The notes beneath the pieces are model-generated. The model did not search any database and was not told where the DNA came from. It saw only the letters and a list, made by a program, of their open reading frames with translations. A stretch of 63,558 nucleotides of DNA from Guillardia theta CCMP2712. Its lineage: Eukaryota > Protista > Cryptophyta. The stretch lies in the NCBI RefSeq assembly GCF_000315625.1, contig NW_005434665.1, forward strand, positions 940,090 to 1,003,647, given 5' to 3'. This document shows positions 1-10,959 of the stretch, piece by piece. The position numbers were made by a program, and so were the translations under genes. The stretch's first letter is position 1. Every line of letters starts with the position of its first letter.

Positions 1-628
1 GAGACGCAGGAGGAGGAGACGCAGGAGGAGGAGGAGACGCAGGAGGAGGAGGAGGAGGAGGAGACGCAGGAGGAGGAGGAGGAGACGCAAGAGAGACCGA
101 ACAAGAGGCGAGGGAACGAGAGTAAGATACGACGGCATCAGAGCAAGACCTCACCGACGGGTCCAGCGTTCCCTTCACCACCTTCGTCTGCTTTTCTAGT
201 CAAGTCCATAACAAACTCCATCCTCCTCCCCTCCCCTCCCTCCCTCCTCCTCCTACCTCTTGTCGCAGTCCGCAATGAGGTACAGAGATCACTGTCAACT
301 CCCAGTCATTATCATCTTTTCTACTGCTCCTACTCCCTCTCCTCCTCCTCCGCCCCTTCCTCTGATTCTTCAGTCTCTGCCCATTCTGCTCCGCGTCTTC
401 TCGAGCTGGCACCAGCACTTTCCTGCTCCCGCCCGCTACCCCTCCTCCTCGTCGCTCACCTACATAGGCGTCGGAGGAACCTGGAGGGCATCAGGTGGAG
501 CGGAGGAGGAGGAGAGGGACCTAAGAACTTGCTGTCCCGGTAGGCCCCGTCGGAGCAGGGGAGGTTGAATGCTTTCTCGACCAAAACCTTCACAACCAAT
601 CACTGAAATCACGTTCAAGGCTGGGAAC

Positions 629-713
<85 letters not shown>

Positions 714-1482
714 GGGAGGCGTATATGAACACATGCGGGTTGAGGGGAGCAGGAGCCTTGGTTATGTTTCTTTGCTTACCTTGACTAACCATTCCCCTCG
801 CGGAGCTTCTTTGAGCTGCTTACCTTGAGCCTCCTCCTCCTCCTCCTCCTCCCTCCCAGCGCTCTCAGCTCCCTCCTCCTCACTCTTCTCTGCCATCATC
901 CTCGTGAACACTCGCGGCAGTGCCACGTCGCTCAACTTGTAGATCCTCGACCGGCACGCGTACGCGCACAGCGAGCAGCAGAGGCAACTGACGCCAAAGA
1001 CGATGGGGAGGGAGACGAAGAGCATCGTCTGCTGCGAGAAAGAGCTCGAGCTCGTCGCGTTCGCCGCGGGGCTGCCGCACTGACAGCCGATGAAGGTGCA
1101 GCTGCAGGAGTCATTGTTGTTCCTCCATGCGCAGTGAGGGTTCGACTTGCAGCTCTGTTCCTCTCCGATGGTGTAGCCTGAGAGCCTCTCAGTCTCGAGC
1201 TCGCAAGCTGCAGGACCTACACATGGCTACTTGACTCGGATCCACCAGCGAGTCCCCGCACACTCCGCGGAGAGAAGAGTTGCTAGCAGGACGCGCGTGT
1301 TTGCCGTGCCCTCCGCAGACAGCGACGCACCAGAGGGTGGCAGAACCCTCAGCGACCCACCGGCCTTGTGCGAGGCTTACCCTTGAGTTCCAGCACAAGC
1401 ATGTTGCTGCTTCCGCGTCCTTGCAGACAAGCACGAGCAGCAAGAGGCTGAGAAGAAACAGAGATGGACCGCCGGAGGTCAT
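1..1482 (-). CDS. Hypothetical single-pass membrane protein, spliced, possibly running off the window start
   Basis: ORF 1189-1482 starts with a signal-peptide-like stretch (SLFLLSLLLLVLVCKDAEA) and a Cys-rich segment. ORF 762-1025 has a TM helix plus Cys cluster (LFVSLPIVFGVSCLCCSLCAYAC). Exon structure not fully resolved. Confidence 0.45.
628..712. repeat. (GAGCAG)n microsatellite, probably intronic
   Basis: Perfect hexamer run visible directly. Confidence 0.95.
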
Positions 1483-2449
1483 CTATACCTTGACTTTGAA
1501 CTTTGGAACGTGACATGGACGTGACATCCCTCTCATCCGGAGTCCTTTCCCCTCATTCCTGACCTGACCTGACCTGTCCTGTCCTTTCAAGTCCTCTCCT
1601 CTCTGTCCTCTCCTCTCACAAGTCCTCCAGTCACGGTCGCTTGCCACCGCCTGCCGCGGCAGGTTTTTGTTGGCCCCATTGTCACCGCAACCTGGTCAAC
1701 TTTCACTGAAGTGGACCCTACTACCCCCCACTATGACCATCAAGGTACCCCTCCTCACTTCTACAACAGAAAGTTTGGCCGCTTTGGGACTCCCGCCGGC
1801 CCTGCGGCCCCCGGGCCCCGGGCCCGGCCGCGCAAACTTCGAGTTTCAAACTTTGAGCCTTCAAACTTGGAGGTGTCGAATAATCAAAGTTTCCGACAAA
1901 GTTCGATGCCGAGTCACTGGATCATCCAGGGGGTCATCGGGTTTGCACTGAAAGGAGGGGTGCGGGCACAACAACATGTCTGTCACAGAAGGGTGGGTAC
2001 AGATTTACCCAGGGGGTAGGGTCACCGAGTCTTAAAATTGTTTTTCACAAATTCTCCCGAAATAGAATCAAATTTGAGGTTCTCTTTCCTGCCACCCCTC
2101 AAACTCCAGGACCCCCTTGATGATCCCCTACCCCTACCCACTTTTCCCTACTCACTACCCCTTATTTTATAGTGAAGTACCCCTCGTACCGGAAATGTGT
2201 CCAACCCGCTCCCTTCTCCCTCCTAAGAGATGTAAGGGACTACTAGGGTGGTAGATTCAAACTGGGGGTGAGGGTAGTCAAATCATCCCTCACTACCCCA
2301 ATTTTGCCATTCATTGACCCCTTATTTTGAGACAACCCAACGTTTGAAGGACTACCCCTACCTGCTCAATTCACCCCACCCCCCGCGGGCATCCACGTGC
2401 TTGCTCACTTCCCTCAACAGGCGTCAGCTCCTTCTCACCCCCACCCCCC

Positions 2450-2482
<33 letters not shown>

Positions 2483-2763
2483 CTCTCTGTCCTCCTCTCA
2501 GTCCTTCTCTCAGTCCTCCTCTCTCTCTCTCGTTCTCGAGCTCCTCTACTTCCGGGGCTCTGCATTGTTTCTTCCTGGCAGGAGCACGCTGTCGCGTAAA
2601 CCCTCAAGACTCTCACGAGACGAACGGGAGCTTGCCCGTTCGTCTTTTCTCAAGCTCTGCAGACACCGTTTTCGGCAGAAGCCATCTCTTCACAGCAGCC
2701 CGTGTCGTTCAACACGTTGGATCAGAAGCGCAGAGCCTGTTGAAAGCCTTGTAAACCTGCAAG

Positions 2764-5700
2764 ATGGGTTACGGTGGGATGCCGCGAAAGAAAAAAGATG
2801 ACATCGACTGGGACAACCTCGAGACCGAAGTAGCCGAGGTTGAGAAACAACCAGAACAATCTGGGCAGGGGCAGTCGAAGACCCAGGCCAAGAAGGACAA
2901 GCGGGCCAAGAAGAAGGGCGGCAAAGGGGACGACGATGACGACGACAAGCCCTTCAACAATGTGGCCGACGAGGACGAGGAGGACGATGCTATCGCGAAG
3001 CCTGCCAAGAAGGGCAAAGACAAGAAGGGAGGCAAAGGAAAGCCAGCCTCCTTCGCTGATCTGCCCAACGAGGATGACGAGGCAAGCCTTGCTACCCTCC
3101 TGACTGCTTGTGCTCAACCCCTTTACAGGACGCCAGTGAGCCCGAGGAGCCTGTAAGCAAGCCCGCCAGTAAGAAACAAGGCAAGGGCAAGGTCGACTTT
3201 GCTGCTCTCCTTCCGGATGAGGTGAGAGATGGTTTCCTGGTGCTCGTTCTGATTGCAACAACTAGGACGAACAGGATGAAGACGCGGATGAGGAAGATGA
3301 GGAGGAGGAAGCCCCCAAGGCCAACGGGAAGGTGAGGACAAAGTGATGCGATGTGGGTCAGTAAGAAGCCTCACAGTCGAAGAAGCCCAATGCCAAGAAG
3401 GTTGACGACGAGGACGAAGACGAGGTCTTGTCACCATCGCCCTTGGTGTCAAACTGAGTGGTTCCTCAGGATACTCCCAAGAAGGGCAAGGGAAAGTCAC
3501 AGGGAAAATCCAAGGTTGTAGCAAGTTTCGCTGCCTTGAGCATGGAGGATGAGGAAGAAGATGAGAAGGACGAGGACGTGAGCTCACCTGCCCTGTCTCG
3601 CGACTTCAATTGCAGCCAACCTGATGTGCAGCCACAGGAAGAAATGGAGGTCGAGGAAGAGGAGTCGTCCAAGGCCAGCAAGAAGAAGAGCAAGAAGAAA
3701 GAGTCGAAGAAGGTCTGCCGCACTCTTGTTGCCAAGTCCTTTGACCCTCCTCGCCATCAGGAGGAGACCAAGGAGGAGAGGAAAGGAGGCGGATCCGAGC
3801 TGGAGCTTCCGAGCTTGACCCTCGAGGAGCAGAAGCTGTTGAAGGATGCGGTGAAGAAGTCGGGCAGGCCGTTCGAAGGGGTTGTGGTCGGTCTGATCCA
3901 GTCTTGCAACAAGCATCCCAAGGCCGACAACCTGATGATCCTGCAAGTGTCGGACGGAGGCTTCGGCAACGCTCAGGTCATCACCAACGCCAAGAACGTG
4001 GCGGAGGGGCTCAAGGTTGCGTTTGCGCCCGTTGGAGCAGAAATTTTTGACGAGGAGCTCGGGGCTGGCACGACGACCGTCAAGTCGGTGAAGCTCAAGG
4101 GTATCAACTCGGCGGGCATGCTCTGCTCGGGGAAGCTGCTGGGGCTCAACGAGGAGGAGGGGCAGGCGCTGGTGTTCCCCGACAACACCCCTCTGGGTCT
4201 GGGGGTGGCGGAAGCTTACTACCGCGTGCTGCACCCCGAGATGCTGCAGGCGCTGAAGGACCATGCGGAGGCTGAGAGGAAGGCGATCGAGGAACGCGCA
4301 GCGGCCAAGAAAGCCGAGCAGGAGGCAAAGAAAGCTGCCGCCGCTGCAGCGTCTGCTGCCGGAGGAGGAGAGGAAGAGGGAGAGGGAGAGGAGAAGGCGG
4401 GAGAATCCTCCAAGAACAAGAAGAAGAAAGGAAAGGGGGACGGAGACAGCAAGCCCAAGAACGCGAAGCTCGCTGCTCTGCAAGAGATGCAGAGGCTTCT
4501 CCGTGAGGAAGAAGAGAGGATTCGGAAGATGGAGGAGGAAAGGAAGAAAGAGGAGGAAGAGGCTCTGCGCTTGCAGCAAGAGATGGAAGCTGCGGAGGAG
4601 GAGAGGAAGCGATTGAAGAAGGAGAGGAAGAAGGAGAAGGAGGAGCAGCTGCGAAGAGAAGGAAAGCTCTTGTCGAAGAAGCAGAAGGAGCAGCAGGCTA
4701 AGAACGAAGCCTTCCGCAAGACGCTTGAAGAGCAGGGTATGGTTCCTCCTCGAATCAACAACGAGAGCGACGACGAGGAGGAGAAAGGAAACGAAGCAGG
4801 AAACAACCAGACCAAGAAGCTCTCCAAGAACGAGATTCTCCAGCTCGAGAAGGAGCGCAAGCAGAAGCAGAGGGCGCTGCAGGAAGAGCGGGAGAGGAAG
4901 AAGAGGGAGGAGGAGGAGGCGAGATTGAAGGCCGAGCAGCTTGCGAAGGAGCTTGCCAATGTCCAAGACAACTGGGAGGACGACGAGGACGCAGACGTAG
5001 GCGGAGGCGGAGGACTGTGGAGAGCTCTGACATGTTGACAGCAAGGGAAGGACGAGGAGGATTCGTCGGAAGACAGTGGCAGTGGGAGCGAGTACGACTC
5101 TGACGGGAACAAGCTCTCCAAGACGCAGAGGCGGACGAGGAAGGCGAAGAAAGCGGCACAGGCGAGGCGAATGAAGCAGATGGAGACGAATCTGCAGAAG
5201 AAGTCGAAGGACAATCTCAGATGTCCCGTCGTCTGTGTGCTGGGCCATGTGGATACAGGTGACGCGTGCTCCTCTCTTCTTCACTCTCGTTCCCCTCTTG
5301 TCCTCTCCTCCTCCTCCTCCTCCCTTTCTGGCTATCCTCCAAACGAGTCAATGAGGAATGAAACATGCAACAACTTTACTGAAGCTCAGTGCTGAACAAC
5401 TGTTTTGAGCTTTTTAACTCTGAGACTCTCCTGCTCCTGCTCCCCTTCCTCCTCCCTGGACCTCCTCGATCTTACCTTATCCTGCTCAGGCAAGACGAAG
5501 ATCCTCGACAAGATCCGCCGCACTAATGTGCAAGATGGCGAGGCAGGAGGAATCACCCAACAGGCAAGAGGATCTGGAGCAGAAGTTGGTGGGTGCGGGG
5601 AGCTGATGGGCACGAGCAGATCGGAGCTTCCTTCTTCCCCATCGATGCGATTACTGAGAAGACTCGTCCTGTGATGGAACTGCATAAAGTAACTTCCTCC

Positions 5701-7651
5701 CTCTCCTCCCTCTCCTCTCCTCTAACGGTGCCTGCAGGTGGAGTACAACGTTCCCGGTCTGCTCATCATCGATACCCCCGGACACGAAAGTTTCACCAAC
5801 CTGCGCACACGAGGATCTTCTCTCTGCGATCTTGCGGTGTGCAGCCCCCCTCCCCCTCCCTTTCCTCCTCCTCCTGCCCCATCTGATCCTCCTCTCCTTC
5901 CTCCTTGCTGACGCTGGGCGGGCAGGTGCTGGTCGTGGACATCATGCACGGGCTGGAGCCGCAGACGATCGAGAGCATCGGGCTGCTGAAGAAGAGGAGA
6001 GCTCCCTTCGTGATCGCCCTAAACAAGATCGATCGCCTCTACGGATGGGAGCCGCACCCCGAGCTGCCTGTCCAGCAGGCGCTGGAGATGCAGGCGGACT
6101 CGGTGAAGGCCGAGTTTCAGCAGCGCTATGACTTCGCCGTGAGGCAGCTGCAGGAGCAGGTGGGAGAAGAGAGGGAGAGAGGAGAGAGGAGAGAGGGGGG
6201 GCTGGAGGAGGACGTGGAGCTGACGTCTGGTGCAGGGGCTCAACGCTTGTGTCTTCTATGAGAATCAGGACGTGCGAACGTTTTTGAATGTGGTGCCGAC
6301 GTCAGCCATCTCAGGGGACGGGATGATGGACCTTCTCTTCCTCCTCTCCACTCTGCCGGCGAAGATGCTCATCGACAAGATCATGTACCACGAGAACCTC
6401 GAGTGCACCGTGCTGGAGGTGAAGGCGATCGAGGGGCTGGGAACCACCATGGATGTGATCGTGGTGAACGGGAAGCTGAAGGAGAAGCAGAAGATCGTCG
6501 TGTGCGGGCTGGAGGGGCCGATCGTGACGCAGATCCGATCGCTGCTGACGCCTCAGCCGATGAAGGAGATGAGGGTGAAGACTCCTTACATCCACCACCA
6601 GGAGATCAAAGGCGCTATCGGCGTCAAGATCTGCGCCAACGGGATCGAGAGGGCGCTGGCAGGGTCGAACCTCTACGTTGTGGGCGAGGACGACGACGAG
6701 GAGGAGCTCAAGGACGAGGTCATGAAGGACCTTGGGGGCATCCTGAAGAAGGTCAAGAAGAACGAGGACGGCGTCTACGTGCAGGCCTCCACCCTCGGCT
6801 CCCTCGAAGCTCTACTCGAGTTCCTCGAACGCCCGGGCGAGGACCGCGACGGCAACCCGAACCCTCCGATCCCGGTGTCGGGCATCGGCATCGGCCCTGT
6901 GTCCAAGTACGACGTGATGCGGTGCGGGGTGATGCTGGAGCGAGAGAGGGAGTGGGTGAAGATGTGCGAGAAGGAGTACGCGCAGGTGGGGGAGTGGGTC
7001 AGCGGAAACCCGCTCAACTCGTTCAAGGAAGCCTACGCCTGCATCCTCGCCTTCGACGTGCCGGTGCTGCCGGACGCCGAGAGGTCGGCCAAGGAGATCG
7101 GGATCCCCATCTACACAGCAGAGATCATCTACCATCTCTTCGACGCCTTCACCAAGCGTGTGGCAGACATCAAGGCGAAGAAGAAGGAGGAGGCGAAGAA
7201 GAAGGCTCTCTACCCCGTTGTGTTCAAGATCGTCGACGAGCGGTGTGTGTTCAACAAGAAGGATCCCTACATCCTCGGTATCGACGTTGTCGAGGGAACC
7301 CTCAAGCTCGGACTCCCCGTCGTCATCCCCAACGTCAAGTGGACAGGCGACGCTAAGACGCAGACGGCAGCGACGGAGCTGCTGGAATTCGGGCAGGTGA
7401 TGTCTATCGAGAAGGACAAGAAAGCCATCGACTCGGCCACGAGAGCCTCGGGCAACGTCGCCATCCGCATCGAGCAGCGCAAGAACATGAAGGAGTACAC
7501 CTTCGGTCGCCACTGGACGCACGAGAGTCTCTTCGTCAGCCGCCTCAATCGCGAGAGCATAGACCTGCTCAAGGAGCACTTCAGGGATGAAGTTCCCAAG
7601 GAGGACTGGAAGCTGGTGGTCAAGCTTAAGAAGCTTCTTAACATCCCTTAG
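2764..7651 (+). CDS. eIF5B: Eukaryotic translation initiation factor 5B, multi-exon, with an internal tRNA-binding OB-fold domain
   Basis: Spliced G-domain motifs [15 protein letters not shown]|[24 protein letters not shown]|[61 protein letters not shown]. Also [26 protein letters not shown] and C-terminal [28 protein letters not shown]. Long K/E-rich N-terminus. Start is 2764 or 2779. Confidence 0.96.
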
Positions 7652-7787
7652 ATCAGCTCAGCCCTTGCTGAGTCTCCACCCTGTCCTGTAGCAACCAACA
7701 CGTTTGAGAGTGAATCATGTTTCTTTATGTTGCTCTATGTACACCAGAACTCCTCCCCCCCCTCGTTCACCTCCCCCTTCCTCCCCT

Positions 7788-10421
7788 TCAGTCCTCTATC
7801 ATCTCCGGCATGCTCACTGCCACGGGCGTCACGGGAGGCAGCGAGAAGCTGCTGCTCATCCTCGTGCTCTCCAAGTTGTTGGCCCTCGCGTCCTCCGTGT
7901 CGCCCGAGGGCCACGCGAGCTCAGGCTTGATGGGAGGGAACAGTCCGCGCGTGTTTCTCCTCGCCAGCGACTCGAACTTGTCCAGGTTCACCTTCACGGC
8001 CTCGCTCGATCGGTTCGGCAGCGCCGCTTCGTACCCTAGCAGCGGGAAGGAGGAGAGCTCGTTCGGACTCATCGTCCTGCTCGCGGTGAACCGAGTCGGC
8101 ATCGTCGCAGCAAGCGCTTGCTCCACTCCGTCCTCCCATCGCGACATCCCCCGCTCCTCCTCCTCTAGCGCGTAGCTCACCTTGTGAACCGGAGGGTCGC
8201 TGCTGGCAGGGCGCAGCTTGAGCTTACCGAGCTCCTCGTGCTTGAGGTAGGGGGGAAGGATCTGAGCGATCTTGCTCCCTCCCTCGCGAGCCCTGACGGC
8301 CTGATGCTGCAGCTGGACGTTCTCCTGCTGGGGGACGTAGGAGGAGGCCCAGGGGTGGCTGGGCTTGAGCTGGGAGCTCTTCTTCACGCTCTGCTTCTTG
8401 GCACGTTTGGATACCTCAGGTCGTTGACTTTGCAACGCGCGAGCGTTGTGGGCGTCAACCGTTGCGAGTTGCGTCTGCTCCTCTTCCAACACCCTCCTCG
8501 TCACCTCCTCTAGGGTCGCTCTTCTGTACTTGTTCTTCTGCCTCTTCGCCGTCATCAGCAGCGTCCCCAAGTTGCCCTCCTGCATGGCTTGGATCACAGC
8601 CTCCCGCAGCGCTTCTTCTCGCTGCTCCACCTCCATGTCCACCAGCGTCACCCAGTTGTTGAAGGTCAGGACAACGTTGGCGTTCTTCCAGCGGTAGGAG
8701 ATGTGGGAGAAGATCTCGCGATTCCTCTTGTTCTCTTCGTACGTCTTCTTCCAACCCTCGAAGCATTTCACCATCGGCCTCTTGGCGATTCTCAGGAGCG
8801 TTCGACTGCCTTTTGCTGCCATCTCACGTTCTGCCAGCTTTCTGTCTCGGATGATGTTCTTCCACAAGTTCCACAAGGACTGCACAAGCTTCCTGTATAG
8901 CGCCAGCAACGCTTGTCTGACCGTCGCCTTCCTCTCCTGCTTCATCTGCACGAATTCTTGCCATCCTCGAATCAGCGGCATCGCTCCTCGCAGCTGGTAC
9001 CGCATGCGGAAGCGCTCGACCGTCTTCCTGTAGTGGATTTGCTCTTGCGCGTGCTCGTCGAGGGCACGGAAGGCGTGGATGACGGTCTTGTTCTGCCATA
9101 CCAGGATGGCGTCGCCGACCAGCGAGCGGTTGTAGAGCAGCTCGTCGATGTTTCCAGCCAGCTCGTGCAGATAGTGCCTCATCGTCACCTCCGTCCACCG
9201 CTGCTTCAACCGCTTGTGCACGTTCTTCAGCCCTTGAAACTCAGCGACGATTTGCTTCCAAGCCTTCCAGGTGGTGTACTGCCTGTAGTGAGTCCTCCTC
9301 CTCTTGGCCTTCTGGTTCTCACTCTTCAGCCTCTCCCACTCAGCAAACGCCAACTTCACGAAGTTTCCCGCCAGCAGATGCAAGAAACTGTTGCACTTCT
9401 CCTTCACCTTCCCCCACAGCTCTCTCAGGTCGTCCATGTAGTCAGCCCAAAACTCCCACATGCGATCACGAGGGCCCATCTCTCGCTTCGCCATCATCAG
9501 AGCCGCGTTGTGCACCTTCTGTCTCTTGCTTGTCTTCCTCTTGGCGTATTCCACCATCGCGTTGAAGCATCGCACAAGCCCCATGTTCAACCACCGACCC
9601 AACGTCCGTCCGACCACCACCTTGAAGTGAATCCCCTCGTCCGTGAACTTCGCCCACGTCATCCAGCACTTGAGAAAGCAAGCGTTCTTGAAGAAGTTCC
9701 CCAATCGCCGCATCTTCTGCTCGTCCTTCTTCTGTTTGGCGTGCTTCCTTGCTAACCAACCCCTCGCAAACTTTTGCATCTTGATCACAGCGAGCGTAGT
9801 CCTCAGCTTCTCCTTCTCTCTTGCAAGCTGCGCTCTCATTCTCCTAGCATTGTTTCCTTTCCATAACGCCTGCATCTTGGTCGCTGCCAAATCGTTGACC
9901 TCTTCCAACGTGAACGTCCGACCGTCATTTTTACTTCGCAGTCGCTGATAATACGCCCTCGCCCCCTTCATCTTCTTAGAGAACATGCAAGCCTTTCGTC
10001 GCCTCCAAGCTGCTTGCATCTTCACCGCAGCAAAGGCTTCAACGCTCTCTGTGCTCATGCCCACAAGGGAAGGGCGGAGGTTGCTGATGAACTTGAGGTA
10101 GCTACCAAGCGCTCGTTGCCTCCGTGCTCGCTTCCATGCCAGGTGAACTCTGATGGCGCATTGAATGATGATGGCGGCTTTGGTCTCGAGCTGGTGAGTG
10201 TGTAGCTTCCTCTTCCGCCATAGCTTTCGCCTCCCCAGCCTCCCCCTGTACGCCCCCTGCAGCCGCACCGCCGCCGCCTCCTCCCGCATCGCAGCCAACG
10301 GAAACAGTTCTGCGAGCGCACTCATGAGGGGGGGTCCTCTTGCCTTGTCCACTAATGAGGGGTAGGGGTATGGTTCTGGGGTATTTTCCTCCTTGGGGGT
10401 GGAGAGACTATGACTCATCAC
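7788..10421 (-). CDS. IQ-motif and Sfi1-like repeat protein (calmodulin/centrin-binding), apparently single exon
   Basis: IQ motifs AAVRLQGAYRGRLGR, AAIIIQCAIRVHLAW, AAVKMQAAWRRRKA, AATKMQALWKGNNAR, AVIKMQKFARGWLAR. These are followed by about ten F/W-x-x-W repeats at ~33 aa spacing (KCWMTW, LAFAEW, TTWKAW, SLWNLW, KCFEGW, LTFNNW). Confidence 0.75.
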   Translation of the reverse strand: MMSHSLSTPKEENTPEPYPYPSLVDKARGPPLMSALAELFPLAAMREEAAAVRLQGAYRGRLGRRKLWRKRKLHTHQLETKAAIIIQCAIRVHLAWKRARRQRALGSYLKFISNLRPSLVGMSTESVEAFAAVKMQAAWRRRKACMFSKKMKGARAYYQRLRSKNDGRTFTLEEVNDLAATKMQALWKGNNARRMRAQLAREKEKLRTTLAVIKMQKFARGWLARKHAKQKKDEQKMRRLGNFFKNACFLKCWMTWAKFTDEGIHFKVVVGRTLGRWLNMGLVRCFNAMVEYAKRKTSKRQKVHNAALMMAKREMGPRDRMWEFWADYMDDLRELWGKVKEKCNSFLHLLAGNFVKLAFAEWERLKSENQKAKRRRTHYRQYTTWKAWKQIVAEFQGLKNVHKRLKQRWTEVTMRHYLHELAGNIDELLYNRSLVGDAILVWQNKTVIHAFRALDEHAQEQIHYRKTVERFRMRYQLRGAMPLIRGWQEFVQMKQERKATVRQALLALYRKLVQSLWNLWKNIIRDRKLAEREMAAKGSRTLLRIAKRPMVKCFEGWKKTYEENKRNREIFSHISYRWKNANVVLTFNNWVTLVDMEVEQREEALREAVIQAMQEGNLGTLLMTAKRQKNKYRRATLEEVTRRVLEEEQTQLATVDAHNARALQSQRPEVSKRAKKQSVKKSSQLKPSHPWASSYVPQQENVQLQHQAVRAREGGSKIAQILPPYLKHEELGKLKLRPASSDPPVHKVSYALEEEERGMSRWEDGVEQALAATMPTRFTASRTMSPNELSSFPLLGYEAALPNRSSEAVKVNLDKFESLARRNTRGLFPPIKPELAWPSGDTEDARANNLESTRMSSSFSLPPVTPVAVSMPEMIED

Positions 10422-10641
10422 CGGTTAAATAGAAGAGGTCAAAGGGGGTGGTATATGAAATTGGTGGGGTAGTAGTCAAGAGGCAAAGTTGAGATGGGGT
10501 GGGGTAGTCGTACCCTCAACGTGGGCTTGGGGTAGGGCCGGACGTTGATAGTCGTTGACTTTTCCGTTACAATCGTTACAAAACGACCGAACACAAAAGG
10601 GGCTATATGACAGCGGCACACCGAGCGAGGGTTTGCCTTGG

Positions 10642-10671
10642 TCACGTCTATTTACACTATCATCATCATCA

Positions 10672-10707
<36 letters not shown>

Positions 10708-10718
10708 TCATCATCATC
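10642..10718. repeat. (TCA/TCG)n trinucleotide run
   Basis: Direct observation. Confidence 0.85.
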
Positions 10719-10959
10719 CGCTACATGCCTTCCTAGCAGAACAAGCCTCGCTTGGTCCTCGATCGCCGAGCAACCCACTCGCCTCGGTCGGGTAATGGGC
10801 TGTTGTTCACTGTTTCCTTGAGGAGACGGGAAGGAATGAGCAGCTCCAGAACCCTGGCAAACCTCTGGAAGACAGCAAGGTTGACAAGAGATCTCCCATC
10901 GAGACCTGCACGACCAGCCGATCAGAGGAAGAGGAGAAACACGAGGAGAGAAGGACATG

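Noticed and set aside
3584-5284. 566-aa antisense ORF
   Set aside because: Shadow of the K/E-rich eIF5B exon; Leu-rich with no motifs.
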